Origin: Bacillota bacterium
GTDB taxonomy: Bacteria > Patescibacteriota > Minisyncoccia > Phycocordibacterales > Phycocordibacteraceae
DNA length: 64,000 nucleotides
Assembly (NCBI GenBank): GCA_050260455.1
Contig: JBLNCF010000004.1
Span: 15,917 to 79,916 of the forward strand
Reading direction: 5' to 3'
Below, one piece after another: positions 9,775 through 20,081 of this stretch (its first letter is position 1; each line of letters starts with the position of its first letter). The position numbers were made by a program, and so were the translations under genes. The notes beneath the pieces are model-generated. The model was not told the DNA's origin and ran no database searches. It worked only from the letters and a program-made list of their open reading frames with translations.

Positions 9775-11514
9775 ATGAAACGCTTCCTTCCCATTATTCT
9801 GGTACTCGCGTCACTCCCACTTTCAGCCTCGGCTGCATTCAATTATCAATACGTCACAAACACTTACGGCTACATGAGCCGGCAGCAGCCTATTCTCACG
9901 CGTGGTGGTATATATGACTCCTACGGTACGACTATCTACAATACGAGTCCGGCTAACTATAAGCAGATTTGTCTTGATAACTCGGCAGGAGTTTCTGACA
10001 CCTCCACAAAATCCTGTTCCGTCGTGAAGTTCACCTCGGAGCCATGGAGTGGTCCCTGCGGCTGCGCGATAGCTACGCAACTCTGTGGTGGCCCGGGCAG
10101 TACCTGCGGACCGACCTACAACAGCGGGTACGTGCGCATCTTCGATAACCCAGTGTCAGCCTATTCGATCGCAGAATCGCAGGCGCAATGGAACGCGTTC
10201 GTTACCGCGCTCGGAAATGGAACCGCTACTTCCACGCCAGACATGGACGCCAATTACGACGTCTGTAATATCTCGTACGGTACCTCTGACCAGTATCATT
10301 TCGATGCCGGTATCAGCAAATCCAGCAATCAAGGTTGTATGGTTTATCAGCACACGGTGAATGGGCCGCAGCCGCCTACCGCCTCGCTCGCTGCGTATCC
10401 GACAACTATCAACGCAGGCGATGCCTCGGGCCTTTCGTATCAGTGCACCAACTCGACTTCTGCGTCTATTGATAACGGGGTAGGAAGTGTCCCGCCTCCT
10501 TCAGGTTGGCTGCAGGTAACCCCGGCTACCTCCACGACCTATACGCTTACCTGTACGGGATCGGATGGAACGGATACGGCGACTGCTACGGTCACGGTCA
10601 CGGGAACAAGCGCCTTGCCCAATCTCACCGCCGGAGCCGTGACGCCCGTGAGTGCAACCATGGGGACTCCCGTAACCCTCACCGCATCGATAAACAACAC
10701 GAGCGCAACTACGACCGGAACTGGTTTCACCAACCTCTTCCAGCGTGCAACTGATGCGAATGGTACGAACGCATCGGATATCGGCACGAGCGCCTTCTCG
10801 TCTGCGCTCCTGGGCGGCAGTTCGAAGAACGCAACCCTTTCCTATACCTTCCCGACGAGTGGCACGTGGTATGTACGCGTCTGTGCAGACAAGAATGCTG
10901 CCGGAAACAATGGAGTCATTTCGGAATCAAGCGAGACTGATAACTGCGGAAGCTGGACCGCTATCACGGTTGCCGATAGTGCGGCCACGCTCTCGTGCAC
11001 ACCCAATAAGACCAGTATTCAAAGCGGACAGAGCATTACCTGGAGCGCATCGCCGACGAATCTTGGCACCTATACTTGGTCGCCGTCGGAAGGCGGTAGT
11101 ATCTCGGGCGGTGCTTCTTATACGCGCACCTACAACACAGCAGGTGCCTACGGCATGAACGTGACGGCAGGAGGGAAGACCGCCGTGTGTTCAGCGAGCG
11201 GCAATCCGACCGTGACAGTGACCGGAGGCAATTCCTGCACAAACCCTACTGTTTCCATCGCTGCCTCGCCTGATCGTGTGGAGGGTGATGGTACGCACAC
11301 CGTCACGCTCACCGTAACCGGTTCGGGCGTTAGTGCTTCATGTCTCGTAACGGGGCCAAACGGTCTCTCGACTACGCTTTCGGCAAACTCCTGTAACGTT
11401 GCCGGCACGGTGATTAGTAAGCCCATCACCGCTCAAAGCGTCTTTACGGTCACCTGTGGAACTGCGACCGATTCGGTCATCGTTAATATCCTACCCGCCT
11501 ACAAGGAATTCTAG
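9775..11514 (+). CDS. Secreted adhesin-like protein A (Cys-rich N-terminus, Ig-like/CARDB-like/PKD-like domains, C-terminal ...LPAYKEF)
   Basis: Signal peptide MKRFLPIILVLASLPLSASA from ATG 9775; CARDB-like LPNLT...VRVCAD...ESSETDNC; Thr/Ser-rich. Confidence 0.8.
   Translation: MKRFLPIILVLASLPLSASAAFNYQYVTNTYGYMSRQQPILTRGGIYDSYGTTIYNTSPANYKQICLDNSAGVSDTSTKSCSVVKFTSEPWSGPCGCAIATQLCGGPGSTCGPTYNSGYVRIFDNPVSAYSIAESQAQWNAFVTALGNGTATSTPDMDANYDVCNISYGTSDQYHFDAGISKSSNQGCMVYQHTVNGPQPPTASLAAYPTTINAGDASGLSYQCTNSTSASIDNGVGSVPPPSGWLQVTPATSTTYTLTCTGSDGTDTATATVTVTGTSALPNLTAGAVTPVSATMGTPVTLTASINNTSATTTGTGFTNLFQRATDANGTNASDIGTSAFSSALLGGSSKNATLSYTFPTSGTWYVRVCADKNAAGNNGVISESSETDNCGSWTAITVADSAATLSCTPNKTSIQSGQSITWSASPTNLGTYTWSPSEGGSISGGASYTRTYNTAGAYGMNVTAGGKTAVCSASGNPTVTVTGGNSCTNPTVSIAASPDRVEGDGTHTVTLTVTGSGVSASCLVTGPNGLSTTLSANSCNVAGTVISKPITAQSVFTVTCGTATDSVIVNILPAYKEF
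10615..11514 (+). repeat. Paralogous ~900-nt C-terminal module, copy 1 (copy 2 at 17048-17956)
   Basis: Shared peptides GFTxLFQRATDA, WYVRVCADK, ASPxNLGTYTWxPSEGGS, ASPDRVxGDGTH, TVTCGTAxDSVIVN. Confidence 0.85.
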
Positions 11515-11556
11515 TGATGGGGAAAGGGGAGTTCACGCTCCTGGTAGTATGAGCGC

Positions 11557-12456
11557 ATGGCGCAGGTAGCGCAGGCACAGGTAATTACCATCGGGACATT
11601 TGCGTTCCGGCGCGAGACGTACGAACGTCTTGCTATCGGTGCCACAACGCTTGTGTTACTTGCTGTGCTTCCCGCACGCTACTTCTTCCTCTCTTTTGTG
11701 ATGCTAGGGCAGGGGCATTTCCTCATGACCTATCTCTATCAATGGAAGGGAGGAAAGATCGGGTGGCGTTATCTCGCACTGTATGTGCCAGCCCTTCTCC
11801 TCTTGGGATACTTGGCCACCTATGTGATTCCACTTCCAGCACTTCTTCTCGTTACCGGATCGGTGTTCGCACTCCATTTCTTCTATGATGAGGCCCGCCT
11901 GTATGCGCGTGACAATTCGATATCCTTAGGCGTCGTATGGTATCCCGCTCTGCTCTTTTTTCTCGTACTCGTAAAGCTGGTGTACGGAATCGATGTGTTC
12001 CCGGCAATCATTATCGGTACGCTTCTGTTCATTCTTCAAACTGCCCGTCAGGAAGGGAAGCCAGAACCGCATTCATCAACTCATCGGTATATGCTCGTGT
12101 TCGCCACCTTTCTACTTGTACTTCTTCTTGCTCCAGCGTTCATGTCGCCGACCGCGGTACTCGGTGCCATTATTCTGTATCACTACATGAGTTGGTATGT
12201 GCACTATTTCTTCCGTCTTAGAGATGCGGGACGACCGCTTCGTCCCTACCTGGTGAATGGGGTGACTGTAAACGTTGTGGTCATAGCGCTGTTTATCGGA
12301 TTCATGGTGCTCTCGGGCCCGGGTCAGAATGCGCTTGGACTTATTTTTGGGGAGCAGTACTTCTATGTGTGGACGCTCCTGCATATTCTCTTTGCATCTA
12401 ATGAATTTATGACAGCACTCCGTGCCCAAGTGTTTGCCCGCGCACAGATGGCATGA
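11557..12456 (+). CDS. Polytopic membrane protein with His residues in TM helices (possible Brp/Blh-like metalloenzyme)
   Basis: About 8 hydrophobic helices; GQGHF (H54), ALHFFYDE (H107), LYHYMSW (H209), TLLHI (H276). Confidence 0.7.
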   Translation: MAQVAQAQVITIGTFAFRRETYERLAIGATTLVLLAVLPARYFFLSFVMLGQGHFLMTYLYQWKGGKIGWRYLALYVPALLLLGYLATYVIPLPALLLVTGSVFALHFFYDEARLYARDNSISLGVVWYPALLFFLVLVKLVYGIDVFPAIIIGTLLFILQTARQEGKPEPHSSTHRYMLVFATFLLVLLLAPAFMSPTAVLGAIILYHYMSWYVHYFFRLRDAGRPLRPYLVNGVTVNVVVIALFIGFMVLSGPGQNALGLIFGEQYFYVWTLLHILFASNEFMTALRAQVFARAQMA

Positions 12457-13949
12457 GGAGTGGTCGCCTACACCAGTTCGTCTGCCAGCCTCTCGTACTC
12501 GGTCTTCTTTCGGGGGTATTGCTAGCGCTCGCTGCGCGTGTGCCCGGAGCGTGGCCTCTCTCGTTCATTGCGCTCGTGCCGGCATATATCGCGGTAGCAC
12601 AAGCACCGTCTGGTAGGGTAGTGTTCCTCTCCGGATTCGTAACTGGTCTGCCCATGATGGGAGCGGCCATCTGGTGGCTTTTTGATGCACTCCCGCTGCC
12701 ACCTGCCTTCGGCACCATTCCGCCATGGCTCGGCCTCGCCACGGTCGGTACCAGCTTTGTTATCCTCACGCTCGCTTTTGCGGCAGTGGTAGGACTTTGG
12801 GCACTGTTTTCCTATGCCATCCGAGCCTGGCGATATGGCTTACTTGCGATGGCACTCTCATGGCTCGCGTTCGAATACCTGCGCATGGTGGTATACAACC
12901 TACTCACTTTTGCGCCGCACATTGATAACGCACCCTTTTTCTCATCCGGCTTCGTGGGGTATCCGCTTGCCGACAGTATGGGCTGGGTACAGCTTGCTGC
13001 GGTGGGCGGCGTGTATACGCTCGGGACGGTTGTGGTGCTCGGGAATGCGCTCGCATATCGCATCGTGCGTTCCCGTCAGCGGAGAGTGGCATCCGGTATC
13101 GCGATGGCACTCATCATTCTTCTCGTGCACGTCGTTCCTATTGCTGCGATTCGTAGCGCCGCCTTTCCTGACATGCCTCGTCACCGTATTACCGTAGCTG
13201 CACTTTCTTTGCGAACCCCCGCGAATGCCGATCCAGAAGTGCGCGTGCCGGTAGAGGCAACGATGGTCGAATTCGTGCGGCGCGCATCTGATGCAGGTGC
13301 GGATCTCATCGCACTTCCAGAAGAATCTAATTTCCTTGCGCCGTTCTCGACACGAACACCCAATAGTGTGTTGGGGGATCGACATCGTTCGGCCATTATC
13401 GATTCAGGAACAGCACTCCTCGAGGACGGCACACGGGTGAGACGCGCACAGGCTCCAGACACGCTCGGCTTCAATACGGGACTGCTACAGGACAAACGCA
13501 TTCTCACTCCGAAGGGGGAATACTTGCCGACGCTGCTTTCCGGAATCATTACTACCCTCGGTGGTGGACAGTATCTCGATCGATTTGCAGCTAAGAGAAA
13601 CTATTCGATAGGGAAGGTAGAGATTCCGGGTACCATTGCGGGCGTGAAGTTCTCGGTGCTGCTCTGTATCGAGACCATGGAGCCTGGCCTGGGGCGAGAG
13701 GTAGTAAGAGCGCAGGGAAGCGAAATCCTTGCAGTGCTTGCATCGCATGCTTGGTTCGGTACCTCACCGTTTCTCATACAGGACACGTTTAGGCAGGCGC
13801 GTATCCAAGCCGTGGAAGCCCATGTGCCGGTCGTGCGTTCTGCTGATTTCGCTCCTGCCTACGTATTCGATGCGTACGGCCGCGTGGTGGCCTCCGGCGG
13901 ATTTGGGCCAGATCCAGACCTGGCCGTAGCTACGCTTTCCATACCGTAA
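12453..13949 (+). CDS. lnt: Apolipoprotein N-acyltransferase (Lnt)-like protein
   Basis: Multi-TM N-terminus (LSFIALVP, WLAFEYLR, GYPL, QLAAVGGVY); nitrilase triad E (LPEE), K (DKRILTPKGEYLP), C (LLCIE); RIQAVE..VPVVRS. Confidence 0.85.
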   Translation: MRSGRLHQFVCQPLVLGLLSGVLLALAARVPGAWPLSFIALVPAYIAVAQAPSGRVVFLSGFVTGLPMMGAAIWWLFDALPLPPAFGTIPPWLGLATVGTSFVILTLAFAAVVGLWALFSYAIRAWRYGLLAMALSWLAFEYLRMVVYNLLTFAPHIDNAPFFSSGFVGYPLADSMGWVQLAAVGGVYTLGTVVVLGNALAYRIVRSRQRRVASGIAMALIILLVHVVPIAAIRSAAFPDMPRHRITVAALSLRTPANADPEVRVPVEATMVEFVRRASDAGADLIALPEESNFLAPFSTRTPNSVLGDRHRSAIIDSGTALLEDGTRVRRAQAPDTLGFNTGLLQDKRILTPKGEYLPTLLSGIITTLGGGQYLDRFAAKRNYSIGKVEIPGTIAGVKFSVLLCIETMEPGLGREVVRAQGSEILAVLASHAWFGTSPFLIQDTFRQARIQAVEAHVPVVRSADFAPAYVFDAYGRVVASGGFGPDPDLAVATLSIP

Positions 13950-14003
13950 CTCAATGTGGATAGTCTAGGAATTAAGCCGGTTTTGAATGGTACTCTGCAT
14001 GTA

Positions 14004-15482
14004 ATGCGCGCAGTCGCTCGATTTTCCCTCGTTCTCTCACTTGTCGTCGCCGTCGCGTTCCCCTGCGCCACCTTGGCAGAAGGCACGTCCACCCCAGTAC
14101 TCGATGCACGAGGAACTCCGTATTACCCTCCATCAACACAGAAGGTCAATCTGACTGCGCAAGCGGCTTCCGCGGTAAAACCCCAAGCGACTTCGACTAC
14201 TCGCGTCGACACCGCCGGGCTCACCTCTTGTTTCGATTACTACAAATTCAACAGTACGCCAGTTGTTGTCTCCGCAGATCTCTCTTCGGTCATCGCCGGT
14301 GCGCCGCTCGGCGTAACTCTTACCGTTACCAACGAGAATCCGTATCCTATTGTCGATGCGAAGGTGTATGTGAAAGTGATGCGCTATGGATACGCCAAGG
14401 GAGAAAAGAATGTGAATGCTCCTGACATTGTCGATTTCTTCCCGGCTGGCGATCCGGTCAGTATCCCTGCAGGAGGACACGTAAACCTTTCGACTGCATG
14501 GCAGGTACCGCAGGATGCCGAAGCAGGTGACTACATGATGGCTGCATACGTTGTCTCGGCGGACCGGTTCGAGATGGAAGGTCTCACATTCACGGATGAT
14601 GTGATCGGCAGCGCATTCAATTTCCATGTCGTAAACGATACGAAGGGATCGGTTCGCTTTGATAAGAACTCTGCAACGGTGCTTAACCAGCCGTTCCGCT
14701 TCGCTGCATATCCGCCACGCATCCCTTCAAATACTAAAGATGTTCCAGTCGGCATCGACGTGGTAAACACCACGCCGCTTCCTGTCACCGAGGAAGTCAC
14801 CTGGACGCTGTATAAGTGGGATGCACTTCGTGCCGACCAGGCACTTGATCGCAAAACGGAGACCGTCACGGTCCCGGGTAATGGACGCGTGCATGTTGCG
14901 TACACCGTTACGGATACCAACCACTCCGTGTACTACCTTCTGGGAGCGGTGCGTTCCGCCGGAGGATCCTCATCGCTCGCAGGCATTCGCTTTGTTCGTG
15001 GCGATGTAAACGAACCACGTCTCAATTATGTCGGTGTAACCGGCTATCCGGCAGGGAAGGGCATATCAGCATTCGCCTGTGTACACAGTACGGGCCCGGG
15101 AACCGCAGAGAATACGAAGCTTGAGCTCGTAGCTACTCGACCTTCATTCTTCGGAATCGGTGGAACTCTCGCAAAGAAAACATATCAGGGACCGGCAGCA
15201 GGAGACATTCGTGCGCTTGTTGTGCCGTTCTCAGGTAGTGCAGACTCGTTCGCCGTGACCGCTCGATTGTTCCAGAATGGAGTTCTGGTCGACCAGGTAA
15301 CAGAGAACTATAGCTGCGCTGATCTCTCTCCTGACAGCTGTGCGAAGCGAACGATTCCGCTCGTGCCGCTTGCGATCGGTCTCGGAGCGTTCGTTATTAT
15401 CGTGATCGTTGCAGCGTTCATTATCATCCGCCGCAAGAAAGCGCCTGCTACACCCGTGACTACCGTACCGCCTACTGTATGA
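14004..15482 (+). CDS. Extracellular beta-sandwich protein with a C-terminal TM anchor and basic tail
   Basis: Signal peptide from ATG 14004 (preceded by TGgTACTCT and 7 nt); Ig-like segments; TM helix followed by RRKK. Confidence 0.75.
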   Translation: MRAVARFSLVLSLVVAVAFPCATLAEGTSTPVLDARGTPYYPPSTQKVNLTAQAASAVKPQATSTTRVDTAGLTSCFDYYKFNSTPVVVSADLSSVIAGAPLGVTLTVTNENPYPIVDAKVYVKVMRYGYAKGEKNVNAPDIVDFFPAGDPVSIPAGGHVNLSTAWQVPQDAEAGDYMMAAYVVSADRFEMEGLTFTDDVIGSAFNFHVVNDTKGSVRFDKNSATVLNQPFRFAAYPPRIPSNTKDVPVGIDVVNTTPLPVTEEVTWTLYKWDALRADQALDRKTETVTVPGNGRVHVAYTVTDTNHSVYYLLGAVRSAGGSSSLAGIRFVRGDVNEPRLNYVGVTGYPAGKGISAFACVHSTGPGTAENTKLELVATRPSFFGIGGTLAKKTYQGPAAGDIRALVVPFSGSADSFAVTARLFQNGVLVDQVTENYSCADLSPDSCAKRTIPLVPLAIGLGAFVIIVIVAAFIIIRRKKAPATPVTTVPPTV

Positions 15483-17956
15483 AACAAACCACCATCTCCC
15501 TCTTCTCATGTCTTGTAGCGCTCGCGGTGTTCGGTGGCATTGCGCATTTCGCTGATGCGGGAGGCGCAGGAACAGGAAACCAGTGGACAGGATCTCCATA
15601 CCAGAACACCAGCCTTGGTACGTACCAGCCGACCACTACAGTCTCCGGTGACGCCACCTGGAGTACGACTTTAACGGGAGTGCATCTTGCATACGCATGG
15701 AATCGCTGGACCTTGTCCGGTAAACATCCAGAGTGTTTCAGTGGTCAGACAGGGAACTTCTCGAGCGACACCATGAACTCAACCTGTGTCTCTGGTTTCG
15801 TCGAAGCGGGCTCCAATATTGCCGTCACGATCAATCAAGAAGCACGTATTTATGACGCCACCACAGGTGCAGCTATTTCTAATAACGCGACCCTGCAGCC
15901 GGGTCAGACCCTACGTCTCGAATTCAAGAAACTTGTACCGGAAAACATTCAGTGGTTTGTGACTGGCTCATCGCTTGATTCGCCGTACGGTGAATGGCGC
16001 ACCAGTGCTGCAGCACCGCCTCGCGTGTACTCAAGCAACGGAGGGATATCCGCAAATCACGTAACCTGCAACATTCGCGATTATGCCAACTCCATCGACA
16101 TCCAGGACACCTCTCGTCACGAGGGCTGTATGGAGCAACTCCGTGAGAATGCTGCCAATGCTGGATTCGCGTGTAAGACATATGGCACGGATGGTGCTGG
16201 CAACCAGGTGTGTGACGAGTACTGGTATTACTACGGGGGTCAGTTGATGTATAAAGCGACTGCAGACAATTTCTGTAACTCGAATGGCTACACAGCAGGA
16301 AGTCAGTTCAAGTTCGATGTGTATGCACCGCTCGAGATAAATCCCCCCACGCGTACGCTTACCACCGGCGGGCTCACCTGTACCTCCGCTGCCGCTGACA
16401 GCGATAGCGATCTTGCGTGGACTTGTACGGTGCCGAATTCACCGGGTACGACACTCTCACCGAAGTTCAACTACAGTTCCACCTACGGATACTTCTACTA
16501 TCGGTACTACGACTACCGCAACATGAACTATAGCGGCGAGTCGGGAAGTAACGCGGACAACTACGGCACGGCAGGATGTTATGGCAATAACATTGCGCTC
16601 TACAAGATCCGAGACAATGTCGTAAACGATCCTAATTACAATCCGGTGAACGAATACGGCCTGCATGTGGGTGATGTGGAAAGCTCCCCGTACCAGCTCA
16701 CCGTTCCTGCCATGAATGTGCCGTTCACTTTCACGGTCGCCACCCCGAACTCACCGCCGACGGCTCCGACCATTACTGGACCCACTACGGGCACGACCGC
16801 AACCAACTACACCTTCACGCTCACCAGTACCGATCCAGACAACGACACTATCCGTTATGGAGTCGATTGGAACAGCGACGGCACGCTCGATCAGTGGGTT
16901 CCTGCATCCGGCTATGTCACAAGTGGCACATCGCAGAACGCAGTGAAGCAATGGGCAAGCACGGGTTCAGTAACCTTCAAGGCACTCGCGCAGGATTCCA
17001 ACGGCAATAATTCGGGTTGGACGTCGTATACCATCACTATTCAGTCACTCCCTGACCTGACAGTGACCAGTGTAGGACCGGTCAGCGCGACGGCCGGCGT
17101 ACCGGTGACACTTACCGCGACGATAGCGAACATCGGCGCCGGCAGCACCGGCACAGGTTTCACCGATCTTTTCCAACGCGCCACCGATGCTTCGGGCGCG
17201 AACGCCACTGACATCGGCACGTACGCGTCGGGAGCGCTCGCGGGCAACAGCTCAAACACAGCGACTCTTTCCTACACCTTCCCCGCGTCCGGCACGGATA
17301 CCACATGGTACGTTCGCGTGTGCGCCGATAAGAGTTCGGCGGGAAATGCGGGAGTGATCACCGAATCGAACGAGAACAATAACTGCGCAGGCGCTTCCGG
17401 CGGCAATTGGACGCAGGTCACGGTGGGTGGTGTGAACCTGACTTGCTCCGCGAGCCCGACTACCATCACGGCACCGGCAAACTCCACATGGACCGCATCG
17501 CCTTCGAATCTGGGCACCTACACCTGGGCGCCGTCTGAAGGCGGCAGTGTCTCTACCGCAAGCAATACGTATACCCGAACGTACAGCACGAAGGGACAAT
17601 ACGGTATGAGCGTCACCGCCGGCGGTCAGACGGCTGCGTGCACCAATTACGTGACGGCCGGACCTATCTGCACCAGCCCATCCGTTTCGATAACCGCCTC
17701 TCCGGATCGCGTGGTGGGGGATGGAACGCATCGGGCCACCCTCACGATAACCGGCACGGGCATTGGCAGTGCCTGTACGATCACCGGCCCTGGCACTTCC
17801 TTCCCGCAGAATCCCGCGCCGCCTGCCAACTCGTGCAATCTCTCCACGACCATCACGACCGATCCGATCACCGCCCAGAGCACCTACACGGTGACGTGCG
17901 GCACTGCCTCCGACTCGGTGATCGTGAACGTGATACCGAAGTTCGAGGAATTCTAG
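15479..17956 (+). CDS. Secreted adhesin-like protein B (Cys/Tyr-rich N-terminus, PKD- and CARDB-like domains, C-terminal ...IPKFEEF)
   Basis: Signal peptide; ATGA overlap with the upstream gene; TDPDNDTIRYGVDW PKD-like motif; C-terminal ~300 aa paralogous to 9775..11514. Confidence 0.82.
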   Translation: MKQTTISLFSCLVALAVFGGIAHFADAGGAGTGNQWTGSPYQNTSLGTYQPTTTVSGDATWSTTLTGVHLAYAWNRWTLSGKHPECFSGQTGNFSSDTMNSTCVSGFVEAGSNIAVTINQEARIYDATTGAAISNNATLQPGQTLRLEFKKLVPENIQWFVTGSSLDSPYGEWRTSAAAPPRVYSSNGGISANHVTCNIRDYANSIDIQDTSRHEGCMEQLRENAANAGFACKTYGTDGAGNQVCDEYWYYYGGQLMYKATADNFCNSNGYTAGSQFKFDVYAPLEINPPTRTLTTGGLTCTSAAADSDSDLAWTCTVPNSPGTTLSPKFNYSSTYGYFYYRYYDYRNMNYSGESGSNADNYGTAGCYGNNIALYKIRDNVVNDPNYNPVNEYGLHVGDVESSPYQLTVPAMNVPFTFTVATPNSPPTAPTITGPTTGTTATNYTFTLTSTDPDNDTIRYGVDWNSDGTLDQWVPASGYVTSGTSQNAVKQWASTGSVTFKALAQDSNGNNSGWTSYTITIQSLPDLTVTSVGPVSATAGVPVTLTATIANIGAGSTGTGFTDLFQRATDASGANATDIGTYASGALAGNSSNTATLSYTFPASGTDTTWYVRVCADKSSAGNAGVITESNENNNCAGASGGNWTQVTVGGVNLTCSASPTTITAPANSTWTASPSNLGTYTWAPSEGGSVSTASNTYTRTYSTKGQYGMSVTAGGQTAACTNYVTAGPICTSPSVSITASPDRVVGDGTHRATLTITGTGIGSACTITGPGTSFPQNPAPPANSCNLSTTITTDPITAQSTYTVTCGTASDSVIVNVIPKFEEF
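17048..17956 (+). repeat. Paralogous ~900-nt C-terminal module, copy 2
   Basis: Shares the peptides listed for 10615-11514. Confidence 0.85.
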
Positions 17957-17967
17957 TCCCGCTCCCA

Positions 17968-17998
17968 GAAACGGGCCCGGATTTGCCGGGCCCGTTTC
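17968..17998 (+). terminator. Terminator hairpin
   Basis: GAAACGGGCCCGG-atttg-CCGGGCCCGTTTC. Confidence 0.75.
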
Positions 17999-18020
17999 CG
18001 TTTGGTATAGTCGGGGGACA

Positions 18021-18272
18021 ATGAAAAAGGACACACATCCGGCCGACTACCGCACTGTGCTCTTCGAGGACATGTCCTCGGGGGAGCAGTTCCTTATCGG
18101 CTCGACCATCCGTACGACCGAGACGGGCACGTACCAGGGCAAGGAATACCCGAAGTACGTCGTCGAGATCTCGAGCGCGTCGCACCCGTTCTACACGGGC
18201 GAGGACCGCACGCTCGATAAGACGGGACGGGTGGAGCGCTTCAAGCAGCGCGCCGCTAAGGCAAAGAAGTAA
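18021..18272 (+). CDS. rpmE2: 50S ribosomal protein bL31 type B (Zn-free)
   Basis: MKKDTHP..Y, VEISSASHPFYTG, GRVERF; no Cys. Confidence 0.95.
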   Translation: MKKDTHPADYRTVLFEDMSSGEQFLIGSTIRTTETGTYQGKEYPKYVVEISSASHPFYTGEDRTLDKTGRVERFKQRAAKAKK

Positions 18273-18331
18273 CGCTCTAATGACACACGCGCCCTGCGTT
18301 CTGCAGGGCGCGTGTGCGTTATTATCTCTTT

Positions 18332-19285
18332 ATGGAATATTCCCCCGAACTCAAGAATAACCACGCGACCCGCTATCTGGCGGAGGAATACGAGCGTCTG
18401 GAGGAAGAGCGGGTATCCTCAAGGGAAGCGGCAGGAGAGGACGCGCTCCTTCTTGAGATGGCGGAGGAGGATGATATTCGCATCCGTGCGCGTCAGGAAG
18501 AGATCCTCGCAGACATCGAGCGCATCCTTACTCGGGAGAAGGAAGAGGAATCGAAGCCTAAAGCGGTGGTGCTCGAATTCCGTGCAGCGGCAGGTGGCGA
18601 CGAGGCATCCCTCTTCGCATCCGAGCTTCGGGACATGTACCTCAAGTACGCGGAAGGGAAGCGCTGGCGCGTACGCATCGTGGACGACATGACGCTTGAG
18701 ATCGACAGTCCGGAGGCATACGACGCGCTTCGGTACGAGACGGGCGTGCACCGAGTGCAGCGCGTTCCGGTCACCGAAAAATCGGGACGTATCCATACCT
18801 CAACTGCTTCCGTGGCTGCGCTCCCGATTCGTCAGAAACCGGTAGTCGAAATCAATCCGGCCGATATTGAAATGGAGTTCACACGTTCCGGAGGTGCAGG
18901 CGGACAGAACGTGAACAAAGTGGAAACAGCGGTACGTCTCATTCACAAGCCCACGGGCATTGATGTGCGCTCTTCAAGTGAACGGTCGCAGCTCGCAAAC
19001 CGCGAAAAAGCGATGCAGATCCTTGCGGCAAAGCTCGAAACCATCGCGGTAGAGGAAGAAGCAAAGAAGCATGCTGATCTGCGTAGCGGGCAGATCGGCA
19101 CGGGAGACCGTTCCGAGAAGATCCGTACCTATAACTTCCTCCAGGATCGCATCACCGACCATCGTCTCAAGGAAAGCTGGCATAACCTGCCGAAGATCAT
19201 GCTCGGGAATATCGATCCTATCGTGGAGGCGCTCCAGGTGGCAGCAGCTGGGGGTGGGGTAGGACCTGCCGAGGATGCGGATTGA
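18332..19285 (+). CDS. prfA: Peptide chain release factor 1 (shortened)
   Basis: [12 protein letters not shown] (PxT motif), [20 protein letters not shown]; start placed at ATG 18332, after TATTAT and 6 nt. Confidence 0.95.
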   Translation: MEYSPELKNNHATRYLAEEYERLEEERVSSREAAGEDALLLEMAEEDDIRIRARQEEILADIERILTREKEEESKPKAVVLEFRAAAGGDEASLFASELRDMYLKYAEGKRWRVRIVDDMTLEIDSPEAYDALRYETGVHRVQRVPVTEKSGRIHTSTASVAALPIRQKPVVEINPADIEMEFTRSGGAGGQNVNKVETAVRLIHKPTGIDVRSSSERSQLANREKAMQILAAKLETIAVEEEAKKHADLRSGQIGTGDRSEKIRTYNFLQDRITDHRLKESWHNLPKIMLGNIDPIVEALQVAAAGGGVGPAEDAD

Positions 19286-19319
19286 ACGCCAAAACGTCTT
19301 GTGTTAGGCTAGGGGAACT

Positions 19320-20021
19320 ATGAGTACGAATACGACTACTGGCCCAGGAGTGGCCCGTCTCTTTGAGGCGGGCGCGCATTTTGCGCAGGTGAAGAGCCGC
19401 CGTCACCCGTCTATGCGCTCCTATGTGCTGGGTGCTAAGGGCGCGGTTGAGATCTTCGATCTCAAGAAAACCGATGAGCAGCTTGCTGCTGCAAAAACCG
19501 CTATCGCTGCGCTTGCACGCGACGGTAAGACCGTTCTGTTTGTAGGTGGCAAACGCGAAGCTTCCGATGCCGTTCGTGAGATCGGCAAGCGCCTCGCACA
19601 GCCGTTCGTCGCGGGCCGTTGGCTCGGTGGTACCATCTCCAACTTCCCGGAGATTAAGAAGCGTATTGATCGCCTCGCCGATCTTTCCGAGAAACGCCAG
19701 TCCGGTGAACTCAACAAGATTTACACAAAGCTTGAGCGCATCCGCATCGATCGTGAGATTGGTCGTCTTGAGGAGCGCCTCGAGGGTTTGAAGACCCTTT
19801 CGAAGCGTCCTGACGCCATGGTCATTGTGGACCCCCGCCATGAGGCGCATGCAACCAAGGAGGCCAAGCAGGCCGGCATCCCCGTCATCGGCGTGATGAG
19901 CTCTGACTGCGACGTGAAGGATGCTGCCTACCCGATCGTCACTAATGACGCATCTCGTGGAGTGATTTCCCTCGTGCTCAACGAGCTCGCCGATGCCTTC
20001 GAGGCAGGGCAGCGCGCTTAA
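19320..20021 (+). CDS. rpsB: 30S ribosomal protein uS2
   Basis: LFEAGAHF, RWLGGTISN, NDAS. Confidence 0.96.
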   Translation: MSTNTTTGPGVARLFEAGAHFAQVKSRRHPSMRSYVLGAKGAVEIFDLKKTDEQLAAAKTAIAALARDGKTVLFVGGKREASDAVREIGKRLAQPFVAGRWLGGTISNFPEIKKRIDRLADLSEKRQSGELNKIYTKLERIRIDREIGRLEERLEGLKTLSKRPDAMVIVDPRHEAHATKEAKQAGIPVIGVMSSDCDVKDAAYPIVTNDASRGVISLVLNELADAFEAGQRA

Positions 20022-20081
20022 CGAAACTCGCGCTTCGGCGCGTTTTCGCATTACTTCTTTACATCCGTAATCCTTATCACC

